Source: Bryobacterales bacterium
Lineage (GTDB): Bacteria > Acidobacteriota > Terriglobia > Bryobacterales > Bryobacteraceae
NCBI GenBank assembly: GCA_035063885.1
Contig: JAPSFM010000002.1
Span: 56,727-120,726 of the forward strand
Length of the DNA stretch: 64,000 nucleotides
Direction: 5' to 3'
Below the pieces are notes generated by a model. The model was not told the origin of the DNA. It saw nothing but the letters and a program-made list of their open reading frames with translations, and searched no databases. Of this stretch, positions 10,238 to 19,421 are shown in pieces (positions within the stretch are counted from its first letter, which is position 1; each line of letters opens with the position of its first letter). Made by a program: the position numbers and the translations under genes.

Positions 10238-10792
10238 CTATTTTCGCTTGCTGCTGACCGGACGTACGGCGCCCGCGCGCTCCTTCAACAACTCCTCGAT
10301 GCGGGTTCGCAGTACCCGCTCGTCGAAGAATTTGTCGCTGCCATCGGCCGGTGATTGATAGCGGATGTTGCCGTTCCGGTCGATAAGAACCATTTGCGGC
10401 ACCACCAGACGCAGGTTGTCGGGAACCCCCAGGTATTGCAATACAGTCTCGCGCGGACTGGCTCCCACCGGAAAATCCGCTCCGGTCATACTCACAAATT
10501 CAGGCACCAGCATGCCTGCCATCGGATTGAAAGCCACGATCAGCGGTTGAAACCCCTTCGCCCCATAGTCTTTCTTGAACTGAGACAGCAAACGAGCCGA
10601 ATGCTGGCAATGGGGACAGGTGGTAAAAGCAAACTCGAGAGCGACCACATCTCCACGGTACTGGCTCAGCAAATACTGCCTTCCGCCAGGTGGCAGTATT
10701 GCGAATTCCGGAGATTTCCTGGGAACATCCGCACCAAACGCTGTTCCACTCACCTGCAACACAACGAATGCCAACAACAGAAATACTCGCAT
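10238..10792 (-). CDS. TlpA/redoxin-like thioredoxin-fold protein (secreted), paralogue B
   Basis: 184 aa with a signal peptide ([21 protein letters not shown]) and CxxC motif TTCPHCQ. Clear paralogue of the adjacent upstream gene. Confidence 0.75.
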   Translation of the reverse strand: MRVFLLLAFVVLQVSGTAFGADVPRKSPEFAILPPGGRQYLLSQYRGDVVALEFAFTTCPHCQHSARLLSQFKKDYGAKGFQPLIVAFNPMAGMLVPEFVSMTGADFPVGASPRETVLQYLGVPDNLRLVVPQMVLIDRNGNIRYQSPADGSDKFFDERVLRTRIEELLKERAGAVRPVSSKRK

Positions 10793-10796
10793 CGCC

Positions 10797-11354
10797 TCAG
10801 GAGCCTTTCTTTCGTTGAGATCGTGTGCTCTTTCCAGAGCTATTCAGAAGATTTGTTATCTGCTCGCGAACGTTCTTTTCCTCGTTCCTGAAGAAATCGT
10901 CGGTGCCGGCAAACTGCGCCTGGATGTTGCCGTTCCGGTCGATGAAGACAAGCTGGGGCATCATGAGACTCATCATCACCGGGTGTTGCAAGAAGCCGAC
11001 AACCGCATCCCGGTTCGTGCTGAAGCCCACCGGATACGTCAGCCCGTACTGCTGTATATACTGGCGGACGAGCGCGCCGGAAGGATCGTTGATAGCAACG
11101 CCCAACGCCTGAAAGCCTCGCGGTCCATACTCCTTCTGGAGTCTTTCCATCAGCACCGATGTCTGCTGGCAGTGCGGGCAAGTGGTCAACAAAAATTCGA
11201 GAGCCACCACCTTCCCTCTATACTGGCTCAACGATGCATCCTGGCCATTAGGCATTTTGAATTTGAAGTCAGGAGCCGGGCGTGGCAGATCCGCGGCAAG
11301 GACAGGAAACAGGAGCGAGCTGACGACACCCAGAACTGTCAAAGGCTTGAGCAC
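10797..11354 (-). CDS. TlpA/redoxin-like thioredoxin-fold protein (secreted), paralogue A
   Basis: 185 aa with a signal peptide and the same TTCPHCQ CxxC motif. Shares SQYRGKVVALEF and FIDRNGNI blocks with 10238-10792. Confidence 0.75.
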   Translation of the reverse strand: MLKPLTVLGVVSSLLFPVLAADLPRPAPDFKFKMPNGQDASLSQYRGKVVALEFLLTTCPHCQQTSVLMERLQKEYGPRGFQALGVAINDPSGALVRQYIQQYGLTYPVGFSTNRDAVVGFLQHPVMMSLMMPQLVFIDRNGNIQAQFAGTDDFFRNEEKNVREQITNLLNSSGKSTRSQRKKGS

Positions 11355-11376
11355 TAAGCAAATCTCCTCTATGTTC

Positions 11377-12624
11377 TTACTTTATCGCAGACGGTAGACC
11401 TTCCAGGCTGGTTACCATTTTCCCAATCAGCTCTACACGGAAGTGGCCGCCGTCACCCTCGCCAGCCACCGCGGCTTCCGATTCTTCCGTGGGATGAAAA
11501 GTCTTCCACTTCGCTGCGAGAATCCGTCGATAGAGCTCGAAGTAGCGGCGGGCATCACTCGTCTCGTTCCATTCCACGGCATACGCGAGTACGACTTCCT
11601 TGGTCTTCCTGTGCTCGAACAATTCGAAACTTCCTCCACGCCACCGCTCCGCCAGCCTGGCGGCATCTTCGCCGATGTACTGCCGCAGCAGGATTTCATG
11701 ATCGAGTTCGCCGACGGAACCCTCCGTCAAGCTGCGGTACGACGCTGCCTTCGGTAATTCCGGCGGGCGGGGCCTGGTGGGCAGAATGGCATCGAAGTAT
11801 TTCTGCGGATGAAGAATCTGCTGCGTGGTAACGGGAGGGTTCTTGAATACGCGGCGAAAGCCTTCGAAGCCGAACTTTTCTAGCACGGCATTCTGAAACC
11901 GCATGCCGGCCGTGTAGGGGAACAAGAGCGTTTCGCGAATGTAGAGCGGAGCGCTCTTCAGGACAGGAAACTGGCCGGCCGCATCATCCGCGGAACGGCT
12001 CATCCTCTCCAACAGCGCGGGCGATGTCTTGAGCGACTGCCCCGACATGCGCGCCAGGTACTCGCCGGTGAGCCATGACGCCTGCCCTTCCATGACGGCC
12101 ACATGCGCAAGAGAGTCATCATCGCTCGACTCCCCTCGTTTAATGAACTTCGCGAGACGGAAATTCTGGTCCGCTAGAGCATGGGCCAGTTCGTGCACAA
12201 GGGCGATCTGATCGAGCGCACCTGATGCGGATTCGAGCACGAATAACTTCCGCGCGCGGAAATCGTAGAAAGCCGCCGCCTGTTCGGTCAACAGATCGAC
12301 CGTGCTCTCCTTGAGATCGTAATCCGGCGGAACGAAGCCGAATTTTTTCAGCGCCAACTCATCAGCGCGAATCTCCTCCGGCTTCACCTCCTCCTGAATT
12401 TTTCTTTCGAGATAACGCCTCAGTTCAGGCCGCGTGATGGTGTCATAGCGCACCCTGGCAGGCGCATCGAGACCGCTGATCTCTTCCAACTCCGCCATGA
12501 TGGCCGAGATCTCGCCGAAGAAACGCCTTTTCTCGGCCTGGTTTCCCGGAGCCGGCACAGCTCTTGCGGTGCATGCGAACACCAGTACCGCAATAGTACA
12601 GATTTGTTTTCGGTTTAGACCCAC
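11377..12624 (-). CDS. Secreted HExxH zinc-metallopeptidase-like protein (peptidase MA-like)
   Basis: HELAHAL followed by MEGQASWL, a gluzincin-like HExxH...E arrangement. The ORF track extends to 12708. I prefer the GTG at 12624 (VGLNRKQICTIAVLVFACTARA signal peptide), which avoids overlap with the divergent gene starting at 12695. The start remains uncertain. Confidence 0.6.
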   Translation of the reverse strand: MGLNRKQICTIAVLVFACTARAVPAPGNQAEKRRFFGEISAIMAELEEISGLDAPARVRYDTITRPELRRYLERKIQEEVKPEEIRADELALKKFGFVPPDYDLKESTVDLLTEQAAAFYDFRARKLFVLESASGALDQIALVHELAHALADQNFRLAKFIKRGESSDDDSLAHVAVMEGQASWLTGEYLARMSGQSLKTSPALLERMSRSADDAAGQFPVLKSAPLYIRETLLFPYTAGMRFQNAVLEKFGFEGFRRVFKNPPVTTQQILHPQKYFDAILPTRPRPPELPKAASYRSLTEGSVGELDHEILLRQYIGEDAARLAERWRGGSFELFEHRKTKEVVLAYAVEWNETSDARRYFELYRRILAAKWKTFHPTEESEAAVAGEGDGGHFRVELIGKMVTSLEGLPSAIK

Positions 12625-12694
12625 TTGCTTTAGAGTATAAACCGGGGTGTTGAACCAGCCGCGTGCGGCAAACCGCGCGCACGTGAAAGGACGT

Positions 12695-14839
12695 ATGCCT
12701 TCGTTCAAAGTGACCGATCAATTGGGCGTCGATATCGACGTCGAGCCGAATCCCGATTCCGGGCTCGCGCTATACGCGAAAGAGCTCACGCGATTCCGGT
12801 TGCCGGAGGTGAACTGGGCGCGGATGGCCAACCTGCCTCTGGAGGATGCTCCCCTGAACACCGGTGGCGCGGGTCTTTCTTTCGACCAACCGGTTCCAAT
12901 CGGAAGTGCCGGTGAGTTGACCATTGGAGCGGGGATCAGCGGCCGTCTGCGGCTCTTTCGACCCGTGGATGGCGCATTGTTTGCCTCCGGACTCTCCGGC
13001 GACCCGATCCCCATCGAGCCGGAGGAAGCCTACCTGGCGATTTCGATTAAAGCTTCGGTCTCCGGACGAGCATCGAATGCGGCCGGCCGTCTCGGTTTCG
13101 GCGTCGATGCCGGGCGGGACGTCACGATTACCAATTACCGCCCCTTCGCAACCGGAACGCCTTTTGCCGATGCCTTTCGGGAAAGCGTAGCGGGTTTCGT
13201 CTTTCCGGCTACTGTCGAAGACCTGAAACGGATTCCCACCCGTGGCGTCGTCACAGCGGAAGGACAAGGGCAGCTTCGGTTTTCGGGTGATGTTGATATG
13301 CTCACGCTGTCAAATCCGCTGGCGACGCTCTCCCTGCCGGCTCCGGCCGGAGAAGTGCGAGTGGCGCCAGGAGGATCGGTAACAATCGGCGCCTCCTATG
13401 TACTCTCCTCTGAGCACCAGGTGCGCTTATACAGGAAAGCGCCCGGTTCCGTCCAAATCGGCTATTACCGCTGTGGCAGTAGCGAGTTTTCCATTCGTGC
13501 TTCGGCGAGAGCCGGTGCCGGGGTGCGGGTTCGCAACTACGATCCTTTTGCGATGGTGGTGCGTGCAATCAGCGCGGACGCAGCCGCGGATGAAGACGCG
13601 TTGGAACGCGCCGGGCCGTCAGGCAGAGAAATCGACTCGATCCGCAGCGCCGTGGAAGCGGCGATCGATCGTAAGCTCGAGCTTGCGGCCAGGTTCGAAC
13701 TGGGCTCGTTGAGCCGGCGCGATGCGGCTTTCCTTTATGAAGTGGATCTCGGCACGCTCGATAGCGCGGGCTTCGAAATAGTGGAGCGGGCGTTGCAGTG
13801 CAACCTGCCGCCGCTCATCGAAGCCGGAGAGCTATTGCCGCCGGGAATCCGGATGATCCGAAGCGTTCTTGGAACCCTGCGCCGCCGTAAGCAGACGTTG
13901 AAGGTGAATCTGCTTGGAATCTACAACTTTGTCTCCATCAGCCAGCTTGCTCTTAGCGGAAGTGTTTTGTATGAGCCGGCTACAGGAGACCTGGTGATTA
14001 CCGACACAGCCACGGCGCAGCGCGTGCAGGCTTCCGCGCTGAACTTCGGCGCCGATACACAGAAGCTGCGAAATGTTCTGGCGGAAAGCTTTCTGATTAC
14101 GGCTGTCTACCGGTCCGGCAAGATCGCCCTGCCCTTGCCGGAACTGAGAGTGACACAGACCTATTTCGAACTGCACAATGCTACGAACCGCCAGACCATG
14201 AAAGATAACCTCGATATCGCCTGGGCGCTTGGACTGATTTCGGCATCCCAACAACAGAATGCACTGGAGGGAACCGAAGATTTTGGCCGCTCCACTGTTT
14301 ACGCGGAGGCTTCCTATGGGGAATCGCAGACCGCCGCGTTATTCATGAATCAGGATGGTGAAGCCCGGGAGGTGGAGGAGTACGAAGCCGCTGGACGCCG
14401 TGCTATCGCCATGCTGATTCAGCCGGGAGACCCGAATGAATACCGCCGCATTCCCGCCACAGACGACGCAACCTGGAAACGGATGAAGTCCCTGGGCCAG
14501 CCGGGATTCCGGCAGATCTTCCCCGGCTACAACCATTTGCAAGTGGAAACGCTGATCGCTGATTATTCGTTGATTGTATGGTGGTCCCGCTCGATGGCGG
14601 ATCTCGCAGCCGCTTTGCACCAGATCCGCAGCGAGGGGTTGGATGTGGAGACGGCGCGAAAGACCCTGACAGGGCGGCTGAAGTCCGTTGCCGCCGGCAC
14701 GAAACCGCAATTTGGCGACCCGTGGGGACTGATCGCGATGGACCAGGCGGCCGGGCAAAGAGCCGAAGTGGTTTGCCAGATCACCAGTTCGAGACTGGCA
14801 TGGCGTGAAGAACGCAAGGAAAAAGCAGTGACCGCATAG
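12695..14839 (+). CDS. Hypothetical 714-aa protein, no recognisable domain or motif
   Basis: Long ORF with GC-rich codon usage like its neighbours. ATG 12695 is preceded by AAAGGA 4 nt upstream; the ORF-track start at 12647 would overlap the divergent gene. The N-terminal ~290 aa are G/A/S/V-rich and look beta-like; the C-terminal ~420 aa look helical. No signal peptide, TM segment, P-loop, HExxH or Cys cluster. Confidence 0.7.
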   Translation: MPSFKVTDQLGVDIDVEPNPDSGLALYAKELTRFRLPEVNWARMANLPLEDAPLNTGGAGLSFDQPVPIGSAGELTIGAGISGRLRLFRPVDGALFASGLSGDPIPIEPEEAYLAISIKASVSGRASNAAGRLGFGVDAGRDVTITNYRPFATGTPFADAFRESVAGFVFPATVEDLKRIPTRGVVTAEGQGQLRFSGDVDMLTLSNPLATLSLPAPAGEVRVAPGGSVTIGASYVLSSEHQVRLYRKAPGSVQIGYYRCGSSEFSIRASARAGAGVRVRNYDPFAMVVRAISADAAADEDALERAGPSGREIDSIRSAVEAAIDRKLELAARFELGSLSRRDAAFLYEVDLGTLDSAGFEIVERALQCNLPPLIEAGELLPPGIRMIRSVLGTLRRRKQTLKVNLLGIYNFVSISQLALSGSVLYEPATGDLVITDTATAQRVQASALNFGADTQKLRNVLAESFLITAVYRSGKIALPLPELRVTQTYFELHNATNRQTMKDNLDIAWALGLISASQQQNALEGTEDFGRSTVYAEASYGESQTAALFMNQDGEAREVEEYEAAGRRAIAMLIQPGDPNEYRRIPATDDATWKRMKSLGQPGFRQIFPGYNHLQVETLIADYSLIVWWSRSMADLAAALHQIRSEGLDVETARKTLTGRLKSVAAGTKPQFGDPWGLIAMDQAAGQRAEVVCQITSSRLAWREERKEKAVTA

Positions 14840-14865
14840 AGCAAATGCTACAATAATAGTTGAAA

Positions 14866-15216
14866 GGGGGCGTAACGGATTCGACGGGATTGAATTGGCG
14901 TGCGAAGGCGTGTCGGGTTCCGAGCACCCGTTAAACGATCGGAAAACCATAACTGCCAATCAGCAGTTTGCTTACGCTGCCTAAGTAATTAGGTAGCCGC
15001 TCCAGCCGGCAGGCTCGCATGTCCGGCGAGTGGGCGTCATATGGCGAGATAGGCCCAAGGCTTCTGTTCGGAGTTGTAAGCCGAGATCCAATCGAACTGG
15101 ATTGCCGCCATCTTGCCGGTTCTCAGGCGGCAATTGAAATCCAGAATCGGATACACACGTAGGCTTTTCACGGCAATCTTTCTCGGACGCGGGTTCGACT
15201 CCCGCCGCCTCCACCA
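14866..15216 (+). ncRNA. ssrA: tmRNA (SsrA), tag reading frame 14955-14984 encoding ANQQFAYAA-stop
   Basis: 5' GGGGGCGTAACGGATTCGACGGGA pairs with 3' ...GGTTCGACTCCCGCCGCCTCCACCA. The acceptor stem is GGGGGCG/CGCCTCC with a G3:U pair, plus a T-arm and CCA end. The internal ORF GCC AAT CAG CAG TTT GCT TAC GCT GCC TAA gives a canonical ...YAA degradation tag. Confidence 0.95.
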
Positions 15217-15356
15217 TTCCTCTCGTGATGTTACGACGATAGCTTCCGTTTGGCTGCGAATAGCCCGTGGGACACAAAAGAGCACGAGGCACAGGGTGTT
15301 TTCACCTTATTTATGTCATCGGCCATTTTGACCTAAATTATTGAATCTGTGAAGCT

Positions 15357-15432
15357 TGGTGAGCCGGGCGGGACTCGAACCCGCGACCCTATGCTTAAAA
15401 GGCATATGCTCTACCGACTGAGCTACCGGCCC
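15357..15432 (-). tRNA. tRNA-Lys (anticodon UUU), CCA encoded
   Basis: Reverse complement GGGCCGGTAGCTCAGTCGGTAGAGCATATGCCTTTTAAGCATAGGGTCGCGGGTTCGAGTCCCGCCCGGCTCACCA forms a cloverleaf. Anticodon loop CTTTTAA, T-loop GGTTCGAGTCC. Confidence 0.93.
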
Positions 15433-15473
15433 GCTTTTGTCGGATAACCTGGAAGGACGACCGCCACGGTGCC

Positions 15474-15497
15474 GCCTCCGCCGAAAAGGGCGGAGGC
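15474..15497. other. Strong GC hairpin between metY stop and tRNA-Lys (possible terminator or processing signal, no U-tract)
   Basis: GCCTCCGCC (15474-15482), loop GAAAAG, GGCGGAGGC (15489-15497): a perfect 9-bp stem. Neither strand has a following T-run. Confidence 0.35.
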
Positions 15498-15539
15498 ACA
15501 CTCCGCGTATCAATTGAAGTCTAACACGCTTGCCGGATT

Positions 15540-16862
<1,323 letters not shown>

Positions 16863-17885
16863 TCAGCGGAGCCACTGGTCGCGATGCTCAGCTACAAACT
16901 GGTCGTCGTTCAAATGCGGATAAGCGCGATACACGCGGTCGATCTCTTCCATCTGTCCTGGTGAGAGGTCTTCGGCCGGGTTCAGACACCAGCGGCCCTC
17001 AAGCAAGCCTTGGCGGCGCAGAACCTCGTGCAGACCGGCGATACATCCGTGGAAGTTATGAGCTGGATCGAAAAAAGCGGCGTTGCTGTCTGTGATCTGG
17101 GTTGCCAACGTCAACCAATCCGTGCCGATCCGTCCGCCTGTTTCAATCGCCTGGTGAACTCTGTCTAGCTGCTCCACGGCACGGCGTGTCCAGACAGCCC
17201 AGTGCCCTAGCAGGCCGCCTTTTATGCGAAGCTCCTTCCCGCTGAACTGATACGGCGTTAACAGGTCCGCCAGAATCGTATCGTCGTTTCCCGTGTACAG
17301 CGCGATCGAATCCGCCCGGCCCGAGTCCGCAACGGCGCGAATGACATCGATGGTCTGATACCGGTTGAACGGTGCTATCTTGATCGCGACTACATTCTCG
17401 ATTTCCGCGAAGCCCCGCCAGAACTCGTATGGCAGCACACGCCCGCCAACTGCGGGTTGGAGATAGAAGCCGAAGACGGGAATCACGCTCGCCACCGCGC
17501 GCGCATGCTCGATCAACTTTGCGGGAGCCGCATCGCGCATCGCTCCCACGCTCAACAGGCCGGCATTGTAGCCGAGGGAAGCGGCAAACTCCGCCTCCGA
17601 AACGGCCTGGCGGGTCTGCCCACAGATGCCCGCGACGGCGATAACCTCTTTACCGCGCATCTCCTCCATGGCGAGTTCCAGAACCGGCCGGAACAACCCC
17701 ACTTTCGGATCGCGTATCTCAAACTGCGTGGTGTGTACCCCGACAGCGATTCCGCCCGCGCCCGCCGCAAGATAATAACGCGCTAAAGCGCGCTGGCGTT
17801 TATCATCCAGTTTGCGTCCGGCGTTGAGCGCCAGTGGGTGCGCCGGAATCACCGCGCCAGCAGAGAGCCTGTCACGCCAGCCCAT
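16863..17885 (-). CDS. DapA/NanA-superfamily class I aldolase-like protein (dihydrodipicolinate synthase family)
   Basis: 340 aa with GGIAVGVHTTQF (in place of the GTTGE-like motif) and a candidate Schiff-base lysine in NVVAIKIAPFN. Its start overlaps the stop of the upstream gene at 17885. Confidence 0.55.
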   Translation of the reverse strand: MGWRDRLSAGAVIPAHPLALNAGRKLDDKRQRALARYYLAAGAGGIAVGVHTTQFEIRDPKVGLFRPVLELAMEEMRGKEVIAVAGICGQTRQAVSEAEFAASLGYNAGLLSVGAMRDAAPAKLIEHARAVASVIPVFGFYLQPAVGGRVLPYEFWRGFAEIENVVAIKIAPFNRYQTIDVIRAVADSGRADSIALYTGNDDTILADLLTPYQFSGKELRIKGGLLGHWAVWTRRAVEQLDRVHQAIETGGRIGTDWLTLATQITDSNAAFFDPAHNFHGCIAGLHEVLRRQGLLEGRWCLNPAEDLSPGQMEEIDRVYRAYPHLNDDQFVAEHRDQWLR

Positions 17886-18904
17886 CAGAACTTACCGTCC
17901 CGGGCTTCAAAATGCGTAGGCTTACCGAGAGTGGCTCCTCCCATTCCGATCCACTGCGAAATCCATTCGATCAACTGTTCCACGCTGATGCTCGGATAGC
18001 CGAACAGGCGGTGGCATTTACCGGCGTTATTCAATAGAGCGTTCGGGGCTTCCGCTCCTTCAAAGACCGGATCGATGCCAAAGTGCGCGCCGAATTGAAG
18101 CGCTACCTGACGCACTGAAATCGTTTCCGGCCCGGTCAGGTTCAACACCGCGGGCGGCGAAGAACACAAGCTGAAAGACCGCAAGCAGATGGAATTGGCG
18201 TCTCCCTGCCAGATCACGTTCGCACACCCCATGTTGAGATCCACAGGGCGGCGTTCAAAAACTTTGCGGCCAATATCGTAGAGGACGCCATAGCGAAGCT
18301 CCACCGCATAGTTCAGCCGGAGCAGCAGCACGGGAGTCCCGTACTTATCTGAGAAGTACTGGAAAAGCCTTTCGCGCCCCAGCACCGACGTGGCATATTC
18401 GCCCACGGGCTGCACGGGCGTAGACTCTTTTGCACCCCCCTCCGCAATTGGCACCAGCGGATAGATGTTCCCGCTGGAGAAAGCAACGATACGGGAATTC
18501 CGGAACCGCTCGGCCACACGTCCCGGCAGATACGTATTCATGGCCCACGTGAGGTGCTCAGCCCCGGTCGTTCCAAATTTCCGCGCCGCCATGAAAATGA
18601 CATTCGGGATGTCGGGAAGGGCCGCGAGGTCCGCTTCGTTGAGCAAGTCGGCGGCTATCGTCTCAACACCCATCTCATTCAATTCGTCGCGGGCTGAGGG
18701 CGACGAGAACCTGGAAACTCCAATTACCCGCTTGTTGATTCCAGCCTGGGAGATGGCGCGCTTGGCTCTATGAACAAGGCTGGGGCCCATCTTGCCGGCA
18801 ACGCCCAGCACAAGCAGATCTCCCTCCAGGTTGCGCATGGCTTCCACGTCGGCATCCGAAGGACGCGACAACATGTCTTCCAGTTGTGATTCAGATGCAA
18901 TCAT
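17885..18904 (-). CDS. NAD-dependent epimerase/dehydratase (extended SDR) family protein
   Basis: 339 aa with Rossmann motif LLVLGVAGKMGPSL near the N-terminus. Start and stop overlap both neighbours. Confidence 0.7.
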   Translation of the reverse strand: MIASESQLEDMLSRPSDADVEAMRNLEGDLLVLGVAGKMGPSLVHRAKRAISQAGINKRVIGVSRFSSPSARDELNEMGVETIAADLLNEADLAALPDIPNVIFMAARKFGTTGAEHLTWAMNTYLPGRVAERFRNSRIVAFSSGNIYPLVPIAEGGAKESTPVQPVGEYATSVLGRERLFQYFSDKYGTPVLLLRLNYAVELRYGVLYDIGRKVFERRPVDLNMGCANVIWQGDANSICLRSFSLCSSPPAVLNLTGPETISVRQVALQFGAHFGIDPVFEGAEAPNALLNNAGKCHRLFGYPSISVEQLIEWISQWIGMGGATLGKPTHFEARDGKF

Positions 18905-19386
18905 CAGAGCTTATATCCAATCTTTCTTAAGAATCCGTGCCGTGCCTTGACGTCGTCTTCCCCCTCCACCCCCTTGGGAGGAAATCCGTCGATCACGCCA
19001 AGCACTCCCCTGCCCTGACTGGTCTCGGCTACAATCACCTCGACGGGATTAGCGGTCGCGCAGTAAATGGAGCAGACCTCCGGAACATCTTTGATCCGGT
19101 TCAGCACATTAATGGGAAAGGCATCACGCAGGATGAGGACAAAAATGTGCCCGGCCGCCAAAGCGGTCGCATTCCGGACTGCCGCATCACGCAGCCCGGC
19201 GTCATTGCCGTCCGCGCGTGTCAGGCAAGGTCCCGAAGCTTCGTTGAAGGCAATGCCGAATTTGGCTTGCGGAACCGTATTTACAATGGCCTCGTACAGG
19301 TCCTCTACGCTCTTGATGAAGTGCGTCTGGCCGAGGATGAGGTTCGTCGAGTCCGGAATCTCCAGACGGATAACCTTTATCTCCAT
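18904..19386 (-). CDS. Adenosine-specific-kinase-like protein (PF04008-type small conserved protein)
   Basis: 160 aa. [33 protein letters not shown]...[13 protein letters not shown]...[21 protein letters not shown] resembles the family annotated as adenosine-specific kinase. The biochemical assignment of that family is itself weak. Confidence 0.55.
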   Translation of the reverse strand: MEIKVIRLEIPDSTNLILGQTHFIKSVEDLYEAIVNTVPQAKFGIAFNEASGPCLTRADGNDAGLRDAAVRNATALAAGHIFVLILRDAFPINVLNRIKDVPEVCSIYCATANPVEVIVAETSQGRGVLGVIDGFPPKGVEGEDDVKARHGFLRKIGYKL

Positions 19387-19421
19387 GGATTTACCAGGAT
19401 ACTACGGATAATAGAAATAGG

